Positions 1-10,533 of a stretch of DNA of 32,000 nucleotides are shown piece by piece. The stretch is from Nitrosococcus oceani ATCC 19707 (GTDB lineage Bacteria; Pseudomonadota; Gammaproteobacteria; Nitrosococcales; Nitrosococcaceae): the NCBI RefSeq assembly GCF_000012805.1, contig NC_007484.1:2910001-2942000 (forward strand), given 5' to 3'. Each line of letters begins with the position of its first letter. Position 1 is the stretch's first letter. Both the position numbers and the translations under genes were made by a program. The notes under the pieces are model-generated. The model did not search any database. It had not been told where the DNA came from and saw only the letters and a program-made list of their open reading frames with translations.

Positions 1-2119
1 CATAGATAAACGTGTCCGCAATACGCACCAAAGAACTATCGTCATTCGTGCTTCCAAGAGTTTCTGGACGCCATGGAGTTAATGCCTGAGGCTTAGCAAG
101 ATTCTCTATTTGATGGCGCAGCTCATCATGGATCTCTTGAGAAGAAAGATAATTGAAATCAGGAATTTGAAGCAGATTGGCAAGCACTCGCAGCACCTTC
201 CAGGCCGGACGCGCCTCCCCCGGAGGAGGGACAGCTCCTGTAAAACTCTGCCAACGGCCTTCGGCATTTACGAAAGTCCCCGAGGTCTCAACATAGGTGG
301 CGATAGGTAACAGCACATTAGCGTAGTCCAGCATAGCCTGACTGCGAAATGCCGTTAATGAAACGACAAAGTCTGCATTCCGAAGAGCCTTCTGAGCCGA
401 CAGAGGATCGGCACAGTCAAACTCAGGTTCAACTGCCAGCAACAAATAGCCCCGAAGTTCTGCTTCGAGCATTGCCTGCCCATTGAGGCCCCGTACTGGC
501 GCACGGCCGCCGCCAGGCCCCCGATGGGGAAGAACACCGGCTAAGGCTGCACCCACGGCATTGCCTCCCGAAGGGAAAAAACCTAGCTGGCAACCACCCA
601 ACTGGCACGCCAAATCTGCTAAAGCACGTAATACCGAAAAATGAGGATGTCCCTCAGCTATCCCGCCTAATAATATCCTCCCGTGCAAGGCATTAGCCAG
701 TTGATCCGCCATTGCCCGCTCTGTCTCGGTAGGCTGAATATCGGCTAATAGAGAGGTCCATCCGGCATCCAAGGACTTGCCCTTGCTTGCTGCTAAACAC
801 TTAGTTACACCAGCCAAGGCTCGGAGCATACCCTGAGGCCCCGCAATTATCTTCTCTGCAACGGGGAAGCGGACTAGATAATCCACAGGGTTAATATACA
901 TAAGGGCTGCGCCCCGAAGCGCCGCTTTGCGCAGGCGCAACCCAAACAAGGGTTGCTCTTTATGTATATTCGCCCCCACCACTAAAATGCAATCCGACTG
1001 CTCCAGCTCTTCAATGGTACAGCCTAGGGGCACTGTCTCTGGCTCAAATTCCTGATCGCGAAAATCTTGCCGCCGCAGGCGATGGTCAATGTTGTTACTA
1101 TGCAGACCTCGCAATAGCTTCTGAAATAAGGAGAGTTCCTCAACAGTCGCATAGGGTGAGGCAAGCCCGCCTAGTTGGGTGCTCCCGGCCTCTTCAGCAA
1201 CCCATTGCAGGCCCTTAGCAGCAGTTTCCAACGCCTCCTCCCAATCGGTTTCACGCCAAACGCCCTCTTGCTTAACCATAGGCCGATGTAACCGTTCTTC
1301 ATGGGTTAAGCCAAGCCAGCCATAACGGTCACGATCAGCAATCCAGGTTTCATTCACCGCTTCGTTATCCCGGGGAACAGCCCGCATCACCTCATTTCGC
1401 CGTATATGCAATTCAATGTTGGCACCTACACTATCGTGGGGAGAAATAGTAGGATGTCCCGCCATTTCCCAAGCCCGAGCACGGTAGCGGAAAGGTTTAT
1501 CTGTCAACGCGCCTACCGGGCAGAGATCAATTACATTTCCTGCTAATTCCGACGCTAAACTCTGTTCAATATAGGTACCAATCTCCATGTGCTCACCGCG
1601 CCCGGTCGCCCCTAATTCCTTTATGCCAGCGATCTCCTGGCCAAAGCGAACACAACGTGTGCAGTGGATACAGCGGGTCAGATCGGTTTTAATCAAAGGC
1701 CCGATATTCTTGTCCTTCACTACCCGTTTACGCTCGGTAAAGCGGGAAATATCATTACCATAACCCATGGCCAGATCCTGTAGCTCGCACTCACCCCCTT
1801 GATCACAGATAGGGCAATCCAACGGGTGGTTAATGAGCAAAAACTCCATCACCCCCTTTTGGGCCGCAATAGCGCGGGGCGAACTGGTAAATATCTTCAT
1901 GCCATCCGCCACGGGGGTGGCGCAAGCAGGCAGAGGCTTTCTGGATTTTTCCACCTCCACCAAACACATCCGACAGTTGGCAGCAATCGATAGGTGTTTA
2001 TGATAGCAGAACCGAGGGATATCAACGCCAATCTCATCAGCTACCTCGATGAGCATCTTCCCGGCTTTTACCTGGAGTTCAGTACCATCAATCTCAATTT
2101 TGACCATTCCCGGTTTCAT
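1..2119 (-). CDS. nuoG: NADH-quinone oxidoreductase subunit G (NuoG), C-terminal end lies beyond the window edge
   Basis: Manual translation of the minus strand from ATG at 2119 (alternative ATG at 2107) gives MKPGMVKIEIDGTELQVKAGKMLIEVADEIGVDIPRFCYHKHLSIAANCRMCLVEVEKSRKPLPACATPV... It carries the Fe-S motifs HPLDCPICDQGGECELQ, CIHCTRCVRF and CPVGAL. The frame stays open to position 2 (706 codons). It is absent from the ORF track only because no stop codon falls inside the window. It sits 3 nt downstream of the nuoF stop. Confidence 0.9.
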   Translation of the reverse strand, partial: MKPGMVKIEIDGTELQVKAGKMLIEVADEIGVDIPRFCYHKHLSIAANCRMCLVEVEKSRKPLPACATPVADGMKIFTSSPRAIAAQKGVMEFLLINHPLDCPICDQGGECELQDLAMGYGNDISRFTERKRVVKDKNIGPLIKTDLTRCIHCTRCVRFGQEIAGIKELGATGRGEHMEIGTYIEQSLASELAGNVIDLCPVGALTDKPFRYRARAWEMAGHPTISPHDSVGANIELHIRRNEVMRAVPRDNEAVNETWIADRDRYGWLGLTHEERLHRPMVKQEGVWRETDWEEALETAAKGLQWVAEEAGSTQLGGLASPYATVEELSLFQKLLRGLHSNNIDHRLRRQDFRDQEFEPETVPLGCTIEELEQSDCILVVGANIHKEQPLFGLRLRKAALRGAALMYINPVDYLVRFPVAEKIIAGPQGMLRALAGVTKCLAASKGKSLDAGWTSLLADIQPTETERAMADQLANALHGRILLGGIAEGHPHFSVLRALADLACQLGGCQLGFFPSGGNAVGAALAGVLPHRGPGGGRAPVRGLNGQAMLEAELRGYLLLAVEPEFDCADPLSAQKALRNADFVVSLTAFRSQAMLDYANVLLPIATYVETSGTFVNAEGRWQSFTGAVPPPGEARPAWKVLRVLANLLQIPDFNYLSSQEIHDELRHQIENLAKPQALTPWRPETLGSTNDDSSLVRIADTFIY

Positions 2120-2122
2120 CCC

Positions 2123-3406
2123 TCAGGACCCGCTTCCGACTAAGCATCGCTTATGATCGATGTGATATTGAAACTCATCTCGGAAGTGTTTGATAAAGCT
2201 TATTACTGGCGCCGCAGCGGCATCTCCCAGAGCGCAAATAGTATGGCCATCAATATTTTCGGCTACATTGACCACCTTATCCAAATCTTCTTGCGTACCC
2301 TGGCCTTGTTCAATGCGGTGAACCACTCGATATAGCCATCCCGTCCCCTCCCGGCAAGGCGTACATTGACCACAGGATTCTTCGCGATAGAAGGCTGAGA
2401 TCCGCTCCAGAGCCCGCACCATACAGGTTGTTTCATCCATAATGATGACTGAACCCGCACCCAGTAACGAACCAGCCTTGGCAAGGGAGTCGTAATCCAT
2501 ATTAGCGGCCATGATAGCCTCCGCAGGCATTACCGGTACGGAAGTTCCTCCAGGAATAACCGCCTTCAGGGCATTCCCATTACGCATCCCACCTGCTAAT
2601 TCAAGCAAGTCTTTAAATGAGATTCCCATGGGGACCTCATAATTACCGGGCCGGTTGACATGCCCCGAGACACTAAAAATTTTGGTTCCCCCGCTGGTTG
2701 GCGTTCCCAACTTCAAGAACCATTGACCCCCCTTTTCTAGAATCACGGGCACCGAAGCAAGAGTCTCGGTATTATTAATGGTTGTAGGTCTACCATAGAG
2801 GCCAAAGCCAGCGGGAAACGGCGGCTTATAGCGAGGCATGCCTTTTTTGCCCTCTAGGGATTCCAGCAAAGCCGTCTCCTCGCCACAAATATAAGCCCCC
2901 GCGCCGGGATGGGAGTAGAGATCGAAGTCGACTCCTGATGCCAGGATATTTTTGCCCAGCAGGCCCGCCTGATAAGCCTCCTCCAAGGCCGCTTCAAAAC
3001 GTTCAATGGGCTCGCTAAACTCACCGCGGGTATAGTTATAACCTACTGCTGCGCCAATGGCATAACCCGCAATGGCCATCCCTTCAATCAACTGATGGGG
3101 GTTATAGCGAAGAATATCCCGGTCTTTGAAGGTACCCGGCTCCCCCTCATCGGAATTACAAACAATATATTTGATACCTGCTAAATCCTTGGGCATAAAA
3201 CTCCATTTCAATCCCGTGGGAAATCCCGCCCCTCCACGACCTCGAAGACCAGAAGCTTTGATCTCATCAATGATCTTGGAAGGCGGAGTTTTTTCTCTCA
3301 GAATGCGTTTCCAAACTTCATACCCCTTTACCTTTAGATAACTTTCCAATCCCCACGGAGGGTCGAGATCCAATGTGCGAAAACAGACTTGGTTGAGAGC
3401 GATCAT
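2123..3406 (-). CDS. nuoF: NADH-quinone oxidoreductase subunit F (51 kDa, NADH/FMN-binding)
   Basis: 427 aa ORF. It has [16 protein letters not shown] (FMN/NADH site) and [12 protein letters not shown] (N3 4Fe-4S) motifs. An ATGA overlap joins it to the nuoE stop. Confidence 0.95.
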   Translation of the reverse strand: MIALNQVCFRTLDLDPPWGLESYLKVKGYEVWKRILREKTPPSKIIDEIKASGLRGRGGAGFPTGLKWSFMPKDLAGIKYIVCNSDEGEPGTFKDRDILRYNPHQLIEGMAIAGYAIGAAVGYNYTRGEFSEPIERFEAALEEAYQAGLLGKNILASGVDFDLYSHPGAGAYICGEETALLESLEGKKGMPRYKPPFPAGFGLYGRPTTINNTETLASVPVILEKGGQWFLKLGTPTSGGTKIFSVSGHVNRPGNYEVPMGISFKDLLELAGGMRNGNALKAVIPGGTSVPVMPAEAIMAANMDYDSLAKAGSLLGAGSVIIMDETTCMVRALERISAFYREESCGQCTPCREGTGWLYRVVHRIEQGQGTQEDLDKVVNVAENIDGHTICALGDAAAAPVISFIKHFRDEFQYHIDHKRCLVGSGS

Positions 3407-3930
3407 TTTAAAGCCTCAAGGATTTGATCGATCTTTTCTGAGGTTAAATTTTCATGATAGGTATGCCCTGCCATCATCATGGGTGCCCCACCACAAGCGC
3501 CCAGGCATTCAGCTTCTTTAACCGTAAAACGATGATCCGGCGTCGTCTCCCCGAAACCGATCCCTAAGCGTTTCTGTAAATGGGCCACGACCTCATCAGA
3601 GCCACTAAGCTGGCATGAAATATTAGTGCAAACACTGATTTTATGCCGGCCGATTGGCTTTAATTCATACATAGAATAGAATGTAGCCACTTCATAAACA
3701 CTGATCGGACGCATCTCCAGATATTCAGCTACCGCATCCAAAAGTTTATCAGTCAAATAACCTCCATTAACTGCTTGCACGATATGCAAGGCGGGAATAA
3801 CCGCAGATTGCTTTCGCTCCGGAGGATATTTTGCGATCCAATAATCAATTTGCTGCCGTACTTCAGAGGAGAGAAGATTTTCTTCTTCTCGATTTCTTGA
3901 TTTTCTCCGTTCTGGCTGTCCTACGCTCAC
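3403..3930 (-). CDS. nuoE: NADH-quinone oxidoreductase subunit E (24 kDa, 2Fe-2S)
   Basis: 175 aa ORF. It has the cysteine pattern CTNISC...CLGACGGAP typical of NuoE. GTG start (rc of cac at 3928-3930) in a GTGA overlap with the nuoD stop. Confidence 0.92.
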   Translation of the reverse strand: MSVGQPERRKSRNREEENLLSSEVRQQIDYWIAKYPPERKQSAVIPALHIVQAVNGGYLTDKLLDAVAEYLEMRPISVYEVATFYSMYELKPIGRHKISVCTNISCQLSGSDEVVAHLQKRLGIGFGETTPDHRFTVKEAECLGACGGAPMMMAGHTYHENLTSEKIDQILEALK

Positions 3931-5180
3931 CGATCGATCTCCCCAAACACGATATCCATGGTTCCGATAATGGCAACCACATCGGCAAGCATGTGGCCTT
4001 GTACCATTTCGTCCATAGCGGCTAAATGGGCAAACCCCGGCGCTCGAACTTTAAGCCGGTAGGGTTTATTAGCCCCATCCGAGATAAGATAAACCCCAAA
4101 TTCACCCTTGGGTGCTTCTACTGCCGCATAAGCTTCACCTTCCGGGACGCAATACCCTTCGGTAAATAGCTTGAAATGATGGATCAGCACCTCCATATCA
4201 TTTTTCATTTTCTCCCGCGGGGGGGCAGCAACCTTATAGTTATTCACTATAACCGGTCCAGGATTTTTTCGTAGCCAGTCCACGCACTGCTTGATAATTT
4301 GGTTGGACTGGCGCATCTCTTCTATCCGTACCAAATAACGGTCATAGCAGTCCCCGTTAACCCCCACAGGAATATCAAAATCTATTTGGTCATACGCAGC
4401 ATAGGGTTGTTTTTTCCGTAAATCCCATTCCACTCCCGAGCCACGCAGCATCGGTCCCGTAAAACCCAGTTGCAATGCACGCTCCGGCGTGACGACTCCA
4501 ATGCCAACCGTACGCTGTTTCCAGATTCGATTATCCGTCAACAGGGTTTCATATTCATCCACACAAGTAGGAAAGCGGGCGGTAAAATCTTCAATAAAAT
4601 CAAGCAAAGATCCCTCTCGATTCCGATTAATTATTGCCACCTCTTTTTCGTTATGCCACTTAGAAGGCTGATATCCAGGCATCGTCTCCGGCAAGTCGCG
4701 ATAAACCCCACCGGGACGATAATAAGTCGCATGCATACGAGCTCCTGAAACCGCTTCATAGCAGTCCATAAGATCCTCCCGCTCCCGGAAGCAGTATAAA
4801 AACACCGTCATGGCGCCGATATCTAGGCCATGGGCACCCAGCCACATGAGATGATTAAGAATACGGGTAATTTCATCGAACATCGTCCGAATATACTGTG
4901 CCCGTAAGGGTGGCTCAATGCCGAGGAGTGTTTCAATCGCTTTCACATAACCGTGTTCATTGCACATCATGGACACATAGTCTAACCGGTCCATATACCC
5001 GATGCTCTGATTGAACGGCTTGCTCTCAGCGAGTTTTTCTGTAGCCCGATGCAACAGACCCACGTGAGGATCAGCCCGCTGGATAATCTCTCCATCCATT
5101 TCTAGCACTAACCGCAAAACCCCATGGGCTGCTGGGTGCTGCGGGCCAAAATTAAGAGTAAAATTCCGGATCTCAGCCAT
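3927..5180 (-). CDS. nuoD: NADH-quinone oxidoreductase subunit D (49 kDa), not fused to NuoC
   Basis: The ORF contains [24 protein letters not shown]..., the canonical NuoD N-terminus. I place the start at ATG 5180 (417 aa) rather than the track start at 5228, which would overlap nuoC by 56 nt. With the 5180 start it overlaps the nuoC stop by 8 nt. Confidence 0.93.
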
Positions 5181-5868
5181 GGCCGCCTTCGTCCCCTGAA
5201 GCCTTGATTTGGTAGCGGTGATCATCACGAATCACTCGAGGCACCAGTACTCGAGGTTCAATACTTACAGGTTCGTAGATAACTCGCTGCTGCTCAGGAT
5301 CGTAGCGCATTTCTACATTACCGCTTAGCGGGAAATCCTTACGGAAAGGATGGCCGATAAAACCATAATCCGTCAAAATACGCCGAAGATCAGGATGACC
5401 CTCAAAAAGAATACCAAATAAATCAAAAGCTTCGCGCTCGAACCAATTGACCGAAGCCCAAAGCTGGATCACTGAAGGCGCTACCAAGATTTCTTCATCC
5501 ACAAAAGTTCGCACTCGCAAACGCCAGTTATGCCGCACCGAAAGGAGGTGAACGACTACGGCAAAACGCGACCTGGTCCAAGCCTGTTTTTTGTATTGCC
5601 TCCGTTCCACAGCACGACTAAAACCGTCTACCGTAGCTTTTTTGGTCTCCCAATCACTAAGACCATATTCCATATAATCCACGCCACATAAATCGATCAA
5701 CTGTTCAAAGCCGAAATTCTCTTCATCTCGCAGCGCTTTACAAACCGCAAAATAGAATTCGCGGGGCACCTCAATTGTGAGTTCCCCGCGTTCAAGGCGG
5801 CAGAAGCCTATTTCACCATCGAAGCGGCCCTCAATACGCCTTCGTAATTCCGCTACACTGTTCGCCAT
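5173..5868 (-). CDS. nuoC: NADH-quinone oxidoreductase subunit C (30 kDa)
   Basis: It has the conserved [40 protein letters not shown] block. ATG at 5868 ([10 protein letters not shown]...) is preceded by AGGAG. The track start at 5904 is a TTG lying inside nuoB. Confidence 0.9.
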
Positions 5869-5893
5869 GAATACTAGGCTCCTAATCTGATCT

Positions 5894-6370
5894 CTATCGG
5901 GCAATGGTATAATTGCGTTTTATCTTATTCTGTAGCTGAATAATACCGTAGAGCAAAGCTTCTGCGGTCGGAGGACAACCAGGAACATAAATATCAACTG
6001 GCACGATACGATCGCAACCACGAACGACAGAATAGGAGTAATGGTAATAACCCCCACCATTGGCACAAGAACCCATGGAAATTACCCAACGCGGCTCTGA
6101 CATTTGGTCATAAACCTTACGCAGGGCAGGCGCCATTTTATTCACTAGGGTACCAGCCACAATCATCACATCAGATTGGCGTGGACTAGGACGAAAAATA
6201 ACACCGAAGCGATCCATGTCATAGCGGGAAGCTCCTGCATGCATCATCTCAACAGCACAGCAAGCAAGACCAAAAGTCATCGGCCAAAGAGAGCCCGTTC
6301 TCGCCCAATTAATGAGCTTATCAGCGGTAGTCGTGACGACGCCGCGCTCCAGTACGCCCTCTATTCCCAT
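5894..6370 (-). CDS. nuoB: NADH-quinone oxidoreductase subunit B (20 kDa, N2 cluster)
   Basis: It has [23 protein letters not shown] and GCPP motifs. ATG at 6370 ([10 protein letters not shown]...) has AAGGAG 7 nt upstream. The track start at 6391 would overlap nuoA by 31 nt. Confidence 0.93.
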
Positions 6371-6717
6371 TCTAAAGCTCCTTTTTTCCATTCATAGACA
6401 AAACCGACAACTAAGATGGCTAAAAAGACAACCATGGAGAAAAAGCCAAATAGGCCAATATCATCTAGAACTACAGCCCATGGAAAAAGAAAAGCAATTT
6501 CAAGATCAAAAATAATGAATAGAATCGCTACTAAGTAGTAACGAACATCAAATTTCATGCGCGCATCTTCGAATGCCTCAAACCCACATTCATAAGGAGA
6601 GGTTTTCTCGCGGTCGGGGCGATATGGTGCTAAACCAAAGCCTAGAACCATCATAACGCCGCCTAGTAGCAGACTAACGATGATGAACACTAAAACAGGA
6701 ATATAATTTTCAAGCAT
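6361..6717 (-). CDS. nuoA: NADH-quinone oxidoreductase subunit A
   Basis: 118 aa, three hydrophobic helices, and the conserved YECGF and [12 protein letters not shown] motifs. It is the first gene of the nuo cluster. Confidence 0.92.
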
Positions 6718-6774
6718 ATTCAGCAGACTGTGTGGAGCGCTCTTCTACCGCGGCGCTTTTAAAGATTATTTAAT

Positions 6775-6805
6775 CGGTTCTGCCTCCAAAGGCTATTCAG
6801 AACCG
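6775..6805 (-). terminator. Stem-loop downstream of tRNA-Leu (possible terminator or processing hairpin)
   Basis: cggttctg (6775-6782) and cagaaccg (6798-6805) form an 8-bp inverted repeat with a 15-nt loop. On the minus strand it is followed by A/U-rich AUUAAAUAAUCUUUAAAAG. The large loop and interrupted U-run make it weak. Confidence 0.3.
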
Positions 6806-6823
6806 TACCCACCATCAGAATTC

Positions 6824-6908
6824 TGGTGCCGATGGCCGGAGTCGAACCGGCACGGGTTTCCCCACTGCCCCCTCAAGACAGCGTGTCTACCAATTCCACC
6901 ACATCGGC
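6824..6908 (-). tRNA. leuU: tRNA-Leu, anticodon GAG (type II, long variable arm, encoded CCA)
   Basis: The minus strand reads GCCGATGTGGTGGAATTGGTAGACACGCTGTCTTGAGGGGGCAGTGGGGAAACCCGTGCCGGTTCGACTCCGGCCATCGGCACCA. It has a 7-bp acceptor stem (GCCGATG/CATCGGC) and an anticodon stem CTGTC/GGCAG with loop TTGAGGG. It also has a GGG/CCC variable arm and a T-arm GCCGG-TTCGACT-CCGGC. It lies 20 nt downstream of secG, as in the E. coli secG-leuU arrangement. Confidence 0.93.
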
Positions 6909-6928
6909 GATGCATAACAATCTTTGTA

Positions 6929-7375
6929 TTATTGCTCAGGCGACGCCTCAGATGGCAATGCTGGAATTTCGGAGGGTGCTGCTAGAGACTCAGAGGACTC
7001 CTCCCCCCCCTTTCCTTGATCATCTTCAAGAAGTTTTTTAGCCGCCCCCTCTTCATCCTCTTCTTTAGGCAAAGAAGGAATCACCATATTTTCATCAGCG
7101 ACAACCCTTGGCTCCACGGTTTGGGTAACACTCGTTTCCTGGGGCTTTCGCACAGAAAAATAGGCCAATGATAAGCTGGTGATGAAAAATGTTGCTGCCA
7201 GTATAGCACTAGCCCGGGTAAGAAAACTCCCCGAGCCACGTGCTCCGAATACAGTTGCCGATGCACCGCTACCGAAAGCAGCGCCCGCATCAGCCCCTTT
7301 ACCATGCTGAATGAGCACTAAGCCGACTAACGCTACGGCGACCACAATATGAAGAACCAATAGTACACTATGCAT
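6929..7375 (-). CDS. secG: Preprotein translocase subunit SecG, with an extended acidic C-terminal tail
   Basis: From ATG 7375 the sequence is MHSVLLVLHIVVAVALVGLVLIQHGKGADAGAAFGSGASATVFGARGSGSFLTRASAILAATFFITSLSLAYF, the canonical SecG core (two TM helices flanking a Gly-rich loop). The track ORF 6929-7630 is an upstream read-through into the tpiA 3' end. Confidence 0.9.
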   Translation of the reverse strand: MHSVLLVLHIVVAVALVGLVLIQHGKGADAGAAFGSGASATVFGARGSGSFLTRASAILAATFFITSLSLAYFSVRKPQETSVTQTVEPRVVADENMVIPSLPKEEDEEGAAKKLLEDDQGKGGEESSESLAAPSEIPALPSEASPEQ

Positions 7376-7383
7376 AATTTCGC

Positions 7384-8136
7384 TTAGCCCGCCGCTTGGC
7401 AGATTGTCAAGAATTCTTTGGCATCCAGGGAGGCCCCGCCAATTAAACCACCATCGATATCCGGCATCGCTAATAATTCCGCCGCATTGTTTCCCTTGAC
7501 GCTGCCACCATAGAGAATGAGCAATTCCTCTGCTATACCGGAATTCTGAATTGCCACATGACTTCGTATGAGAGCATGCACCTCCTGGGCTTGTTCGGGA
7601 GTCGCAGTACGGCCAGTACCAATGGCCCATATCGGTTCATAGGCAATAACAGCTTTCTCTAAGGCGTTAACGCCAGCAAGCTCTAAAACGGCATTTAGCT
7701 GGCGCTTTACAACTTGTTCAGTAATATTTTGCTCGCGCTCTTGCAGAGTTTCACCAACACAAATGATAGGAATAATATTTACCTTCTGGGCAACAATAGC
7801 CTTTTCAGCCACGAGACTATCCGTTTCTCCATAGAGGGTACGCCGTTCGGAGTGGCCTACAATGACAAAACGGCAGCCTAGATCAGCTAGCATGGAAGGG
7901 GCGATTTCTCCAGTATACGCTCCCACTTCATGGTGAGATAAATTTTGAGCGCCCCAATTAATAACCGATCCCTGTAACAAAGATTCCATGTCAGCAAGAT
8001 ATACAAAAGGCGGGCAAACCGCCACCTCCGCAGTTACTCCAGCCTCCATTTCTTTGCGCATGGATTCTAACAAAGCGCGGTTGGCGGCCCGCGAACCATT
8101 CATCTTCCAGTTACCAACAACTAGGGGTGTACGCAC
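7384..8136 (-). CDS. tpiA: Triosephosphate isomerase
   Basis: 250 aa. It has the VVGNWKMNG N-terminus, VIVGHSERR, and AYEPIWAIGTG active-site blocks. GTG start at 8136 has GAGG 6 nt upstream. Confidence 0.95.
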   Translation of the reverse strand: MRTPLVVGNWKMNGSRAANRALLESMRKEMEAGVTAEVAVCPPFVYLADMESLLQGSVINWGAQNLSHHEVGAYTGEIAPSMLADLGCRFVIVGHSERRTLYGETDSLVAEKAIVAQKVNIIPIICVGETLQEREQNITEQVVKRQLNAVLELAGVNALEKAVIAYEPIWAIGTGRTATPEQAQEVHALIRSHVAIQNSGIAEELLILYGGSVKGNNAAELLAMPDIDGGLIGGASLDAKEFLTICQAAG

Positions 8137-8233
8137 CTAGGACCTCATCGTACGGCTTGATTTGAAAAGGCCCGCTAGTCTACTGTAGATAGTCGCAAAA
8201 AGCAATTTCACCATAATAAACCTTCTATCCTTA

Positions 8234-9589
8234 TTAAGGACAAATTTGGGGGTTGCCTAGATGGAAAGCTACTTCTTGAGCAAGCTGCTGCGCTAAAGAG
8301 TTTACCTGCGAGATATCCCTACCCTCAACCATCACCCGCACCACTGGCTCGGTTCCCGATGGCCGCAATAGAACTCGCCCTTCGTCTCCCAGTTGATTTT
8401 CAGCTTCTTGCATAGCGTTAATAATGGCGTTGTTATCGTGAAGATTAATAGACCGTGCTACCTGAACATTGATGAGACATTGGGGATATTTAACTACCCC
8501 AGATTTAAGCTCATAGAGAGAATGACCCGTAGCAACCATTTCCACCAGGACCTGCAGAGCTGAAACAATACCATCTCCCGTAGTCGTTCGATCAAGACAG
8601 ATAATATGCCCTGAAGACTCTCCTCCTAGAGAATAGCCATTGCATTGCAACATCTCTAATACATAGCGATCTCCCACTTGGGATCGCATTAGGGGGATAC
8701 CTAAAGTAGCCAATGCTTTTTCTAACCCTAGGTTGCTCATCAAGGTACCAACTACCGCCCCCGTTAATTTGCTGGTTCGCTGGCGTGCCCGAGCAATGAT
8801 GTAAAGTATATCATCCCCATCTACGATCTCTCCTCTCTGATCAATCATAATGACTCGGTCCCCATCTCCATCCAAAGCAATACCCACATCCGCCTTACAT
8901 TCGAGCACTTTGTGCTGGAGAGACTCAAGGGCAGTTGAACCACAATTCTCATTAATATTTAAACCGTTGGGAGAGGCGCCAATAACCGTAATGTCTGCTC
9001 CCATTTCGGCAAATACTTCGGGTGCCACCTGATAAGTCGCACCATGGGCACAGTCCAGCACTAATCGCAGCTCTGAAAGATCGACGCTTGCTGGTCCGGT
9101 ACTCTTGCAAAACTCGATATAACGGCCAGCAGCATCCACCACTCGTTCTGCCTTACCAAGGCGAGAAGAAGTGGCGGTTTGCATGGGCTTTTCAAGTTCC
9201 GCTTCAATAGCAACTTCAATCTCATCAGGCAACTTGGTGCCAGCACTCGAGAAAAACTTAATCCCGTTATCATAATAAGGATTATGAGAGGCGCTAATGA
9301 CAATTCCAGCTTTAGCATGGAGGGTCCGGGTAAGATAGGCGATCGCTGGGGTCGGCATAGGTCCCAACAAGCGAATATCCACACCCGCTGCTGAAAGCCC
9401 TGCCTGGAGCGCCGATTCAAACATATAACCTGAAATCCGCGTATCTTTACCAATCAGAACCTTGCTTTGACGCCCTTGAGCCAACACCCTTCCAACCGCC
9501 CACCCTAAATGGAGGATAAAGTCTGGAGTAATGGGACGTTCCCCCACCTTGCCACGTATCCCATCCGTACCAAAATATTTTTTTTCCAT
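8234..9589 (-). CDS. glmM: Phosphoglucosamine mutase
   Basis: 451 aa. It has the [11 protein letters not shown]-terminus, the SASHNP phosphoserine loop, the DGDGDR metal site, and the GGESSGH sugar-binding loop. Confidence 0.95.
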   Translation of the reverse strand: MEKKYFGTDGIRGKVGERPITPDFILHLGWAVGRVLAQGRQSKVLIGKDTRISGYMFESALQAGLSAAGVDIRLLGPMPTPAIAYLTRTLHAKAGIVISASHNPYYDNGIKFFSSAGTKLPDEIEVAIEAELEKPMQTATSSRLGKAERVVDAAGRYIEFCKSTGPASVDLSELRLVLDCAHGATYQVAPEVFAEMGADITVIGASPNGLNINENCGSTALESLQHKVLECKADVGIALDGDGDRVIMIDQRGEIVDGDDILYIIARARQRTSKLTGAVVGTLMSNLGLEKALATLGIPLMRSQVGDRYVLEMLQCNGYSLGGESSGHIICLDRTTTGDGIVSALQVLVEMVATGHSLYELKSGVVKYPQCLINVQVARSINLHDNNAIINAMQEAENQLGDEGRVLLRPSGTEPVVRVMVEGRDISQVNSLAQQLAQEVAFHLGNPQICP

Positions 9590-9604
9590 TATTCGTGACT
9601 TGTC

Positions 9605-10465
9605 TTATTCTTCTGCCTTTTGGGCGCTATCGCAAAGAGCTAGTACTTGCATCGTCGCTTGAACATCATGGGTCCGCACCATGGTAGCGCCTTGCCAAGC
9701 AGCTAAGGTAGCCAGAGCTAAACTACCATAGAGGCGCTCTCCTACCGGTAATTGTAGCATTGTACCAATAAGAGACTTACGCGAAAGCCCTACCAACACG
9801 GGAAGACCAAGCTCACAAATACGGTGGAGGTACTTAAGTAACAATAGGTTATGGACAGATTTCTTGCCAAAACCAAAGCCAGGATCAACAAGTAGCCGTT
9901 CCCTAGGAATGCCACCCCGTTCACAGGCAATTATCCGATCTAACAAAAATCCCCGCACTTCCTCCACTACATCATCATAAGCAGGATTTTGCTGCATGGT
10001 CTGGGGCTTGCCCCGCATATGCATTAAACAAATGGGTACTCCCAGCTCACGAGCCGCTGCTAACGCGCCCTCCTGCCGAAGCGCGTTAATATCATTAATA
10101 AAACCGGCCCCCGCTGCAACCGCAGCACGCATTATTTCGGGTTTACTAGTATCAATAGAAAGAGGGATAGAAATTTCTCGGCTAAGAGCCTTGATGACAG
10201 GAATAACCCGGTGCAATTCTTCTTCTACAGAGACGGGGGCCGCACCAGGGCGGGTTGATTCACCACCCACATCGATGATAGCCGCCCCCTCTTGTATCAT
10301 CTGGTGCGCACGCTGAAGGGCTTGCTCTAAAATCAGATATTTACCGCCGTCGGAAAAAGAGTCAGGGGTGATGTTGAGAACCCCCATAACTTGGGGACGA
10401 TTAAGGTTGAGAACCTTACCCCCACAGTCAAGATATCGTGACAGGGGAGATGCGCAATGCGCCAT
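9605..10465 (-). CDS. folP: Dihydropteroate synthase
   Basis: 286 aa. It has MGVLNITPDSFSDGG, IIDVGGESTRPG and the DPGFGFGK pterin-binding motifs. The ftsH-folP-glmM synteny is conserved. Confidence 0.93.
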   Translation of the reverse strand: MAHCASPLSRYLDCGGKVLNLNRPQVMGVLNITPDSFSDGGKYLILEQALQRAHQMIQEGAAIIDVGGESTRPGAAPVSVEEELHRVIPVIKALSREISIPLSIDTSKPEIMRAAVAAGAGFINDINALRQEGALAAARELGVPICLMHMRGKPQTMQQNPAYDDVVEEVRGFLLDRIIACERGGIPRERLLVDPGFGFGKKSVHNLLLLKYLHRICELGLPVLVGLSRKSLIGTMLQLPVGERLYGSLALATLAAWQGATMVRTHDVQATMQVLALCDSAQKAEE

Positions 10466-10487
10466 CAGCTTCAGCCTTTAAAACTGG

Positions 10488-10533
10488 AAAATAAAAAAGC
10501 GCTCAGCGTGAGGTTCTCACTTACACGCTGAGC
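10488..10533 (-). terminator. Rho-independent terminator downstream of ftsH
   Basis: The minus strand reads GCUCAGCGUG-UAAGUGAGAACCU-CACGCUGAGC followed by GCUUUUUUAUUUU. This is a perfect 10-bp GC-rich stem (10501-10510 / 10524-10533) plus a U-tract (plus-strand aaaataaaaaagc at 10488-10500). It starts 25 nt after the ftsH stop. Confidence 0.7.

Noticed and set aside
1-2122. Apparent 2.1-kb stretch with only three short ORFs in the track (110-310 +, 355-537 -, 1799-1993 +). It could be mistaken for a non-coding or novel region.
   Set aside because: Manual translation shows a continuous minus-strand nuoG reading frame from 2119 to the window edge. The track omits it only because its stop codon lies outside the window. 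The three short ORFs are off-frame or antisense shadows.
5560-5665. A stretch about 25 aa longer, and basic, in NuoC (…[32 protein letters not shown]…) between the conserved GVDY and RFAVV blocks, compared with my recollection of Thermus Nqo5.
   Set aside because: NuoC proteins of 225-250 aa with an expanded loop at this position appear to be common in gammaproteobacteria that have unfused NuoC. Without an alignment I cannot show that this one is unusual. It is probably lineage-typical.
6929-7630. 233-aa track ORF that would make a much longer SecG overlapping tpiA by about 250 nt.
   Set aside because: The N-terminal 85 residues (Trp/Cys/Gly/Arg-rich) are an off-frame reading of the tpiA 3' end. 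The canonical SecG N-terminus MHSVLLVLHIVV begins at ATG 7375, 9 nt after the tpiA stop.
9061-9453. 130-aa minus-strand ORF and several 60-70-aa ORFs inside glmM, and similar ones inside carB, nuoD, nuoF, folP, purA, hisZ, hflC and aroE.
   Set aside because: All are nested within genes that have clear catalytic motifs in another frame. None has a motif or a plausible RBS.
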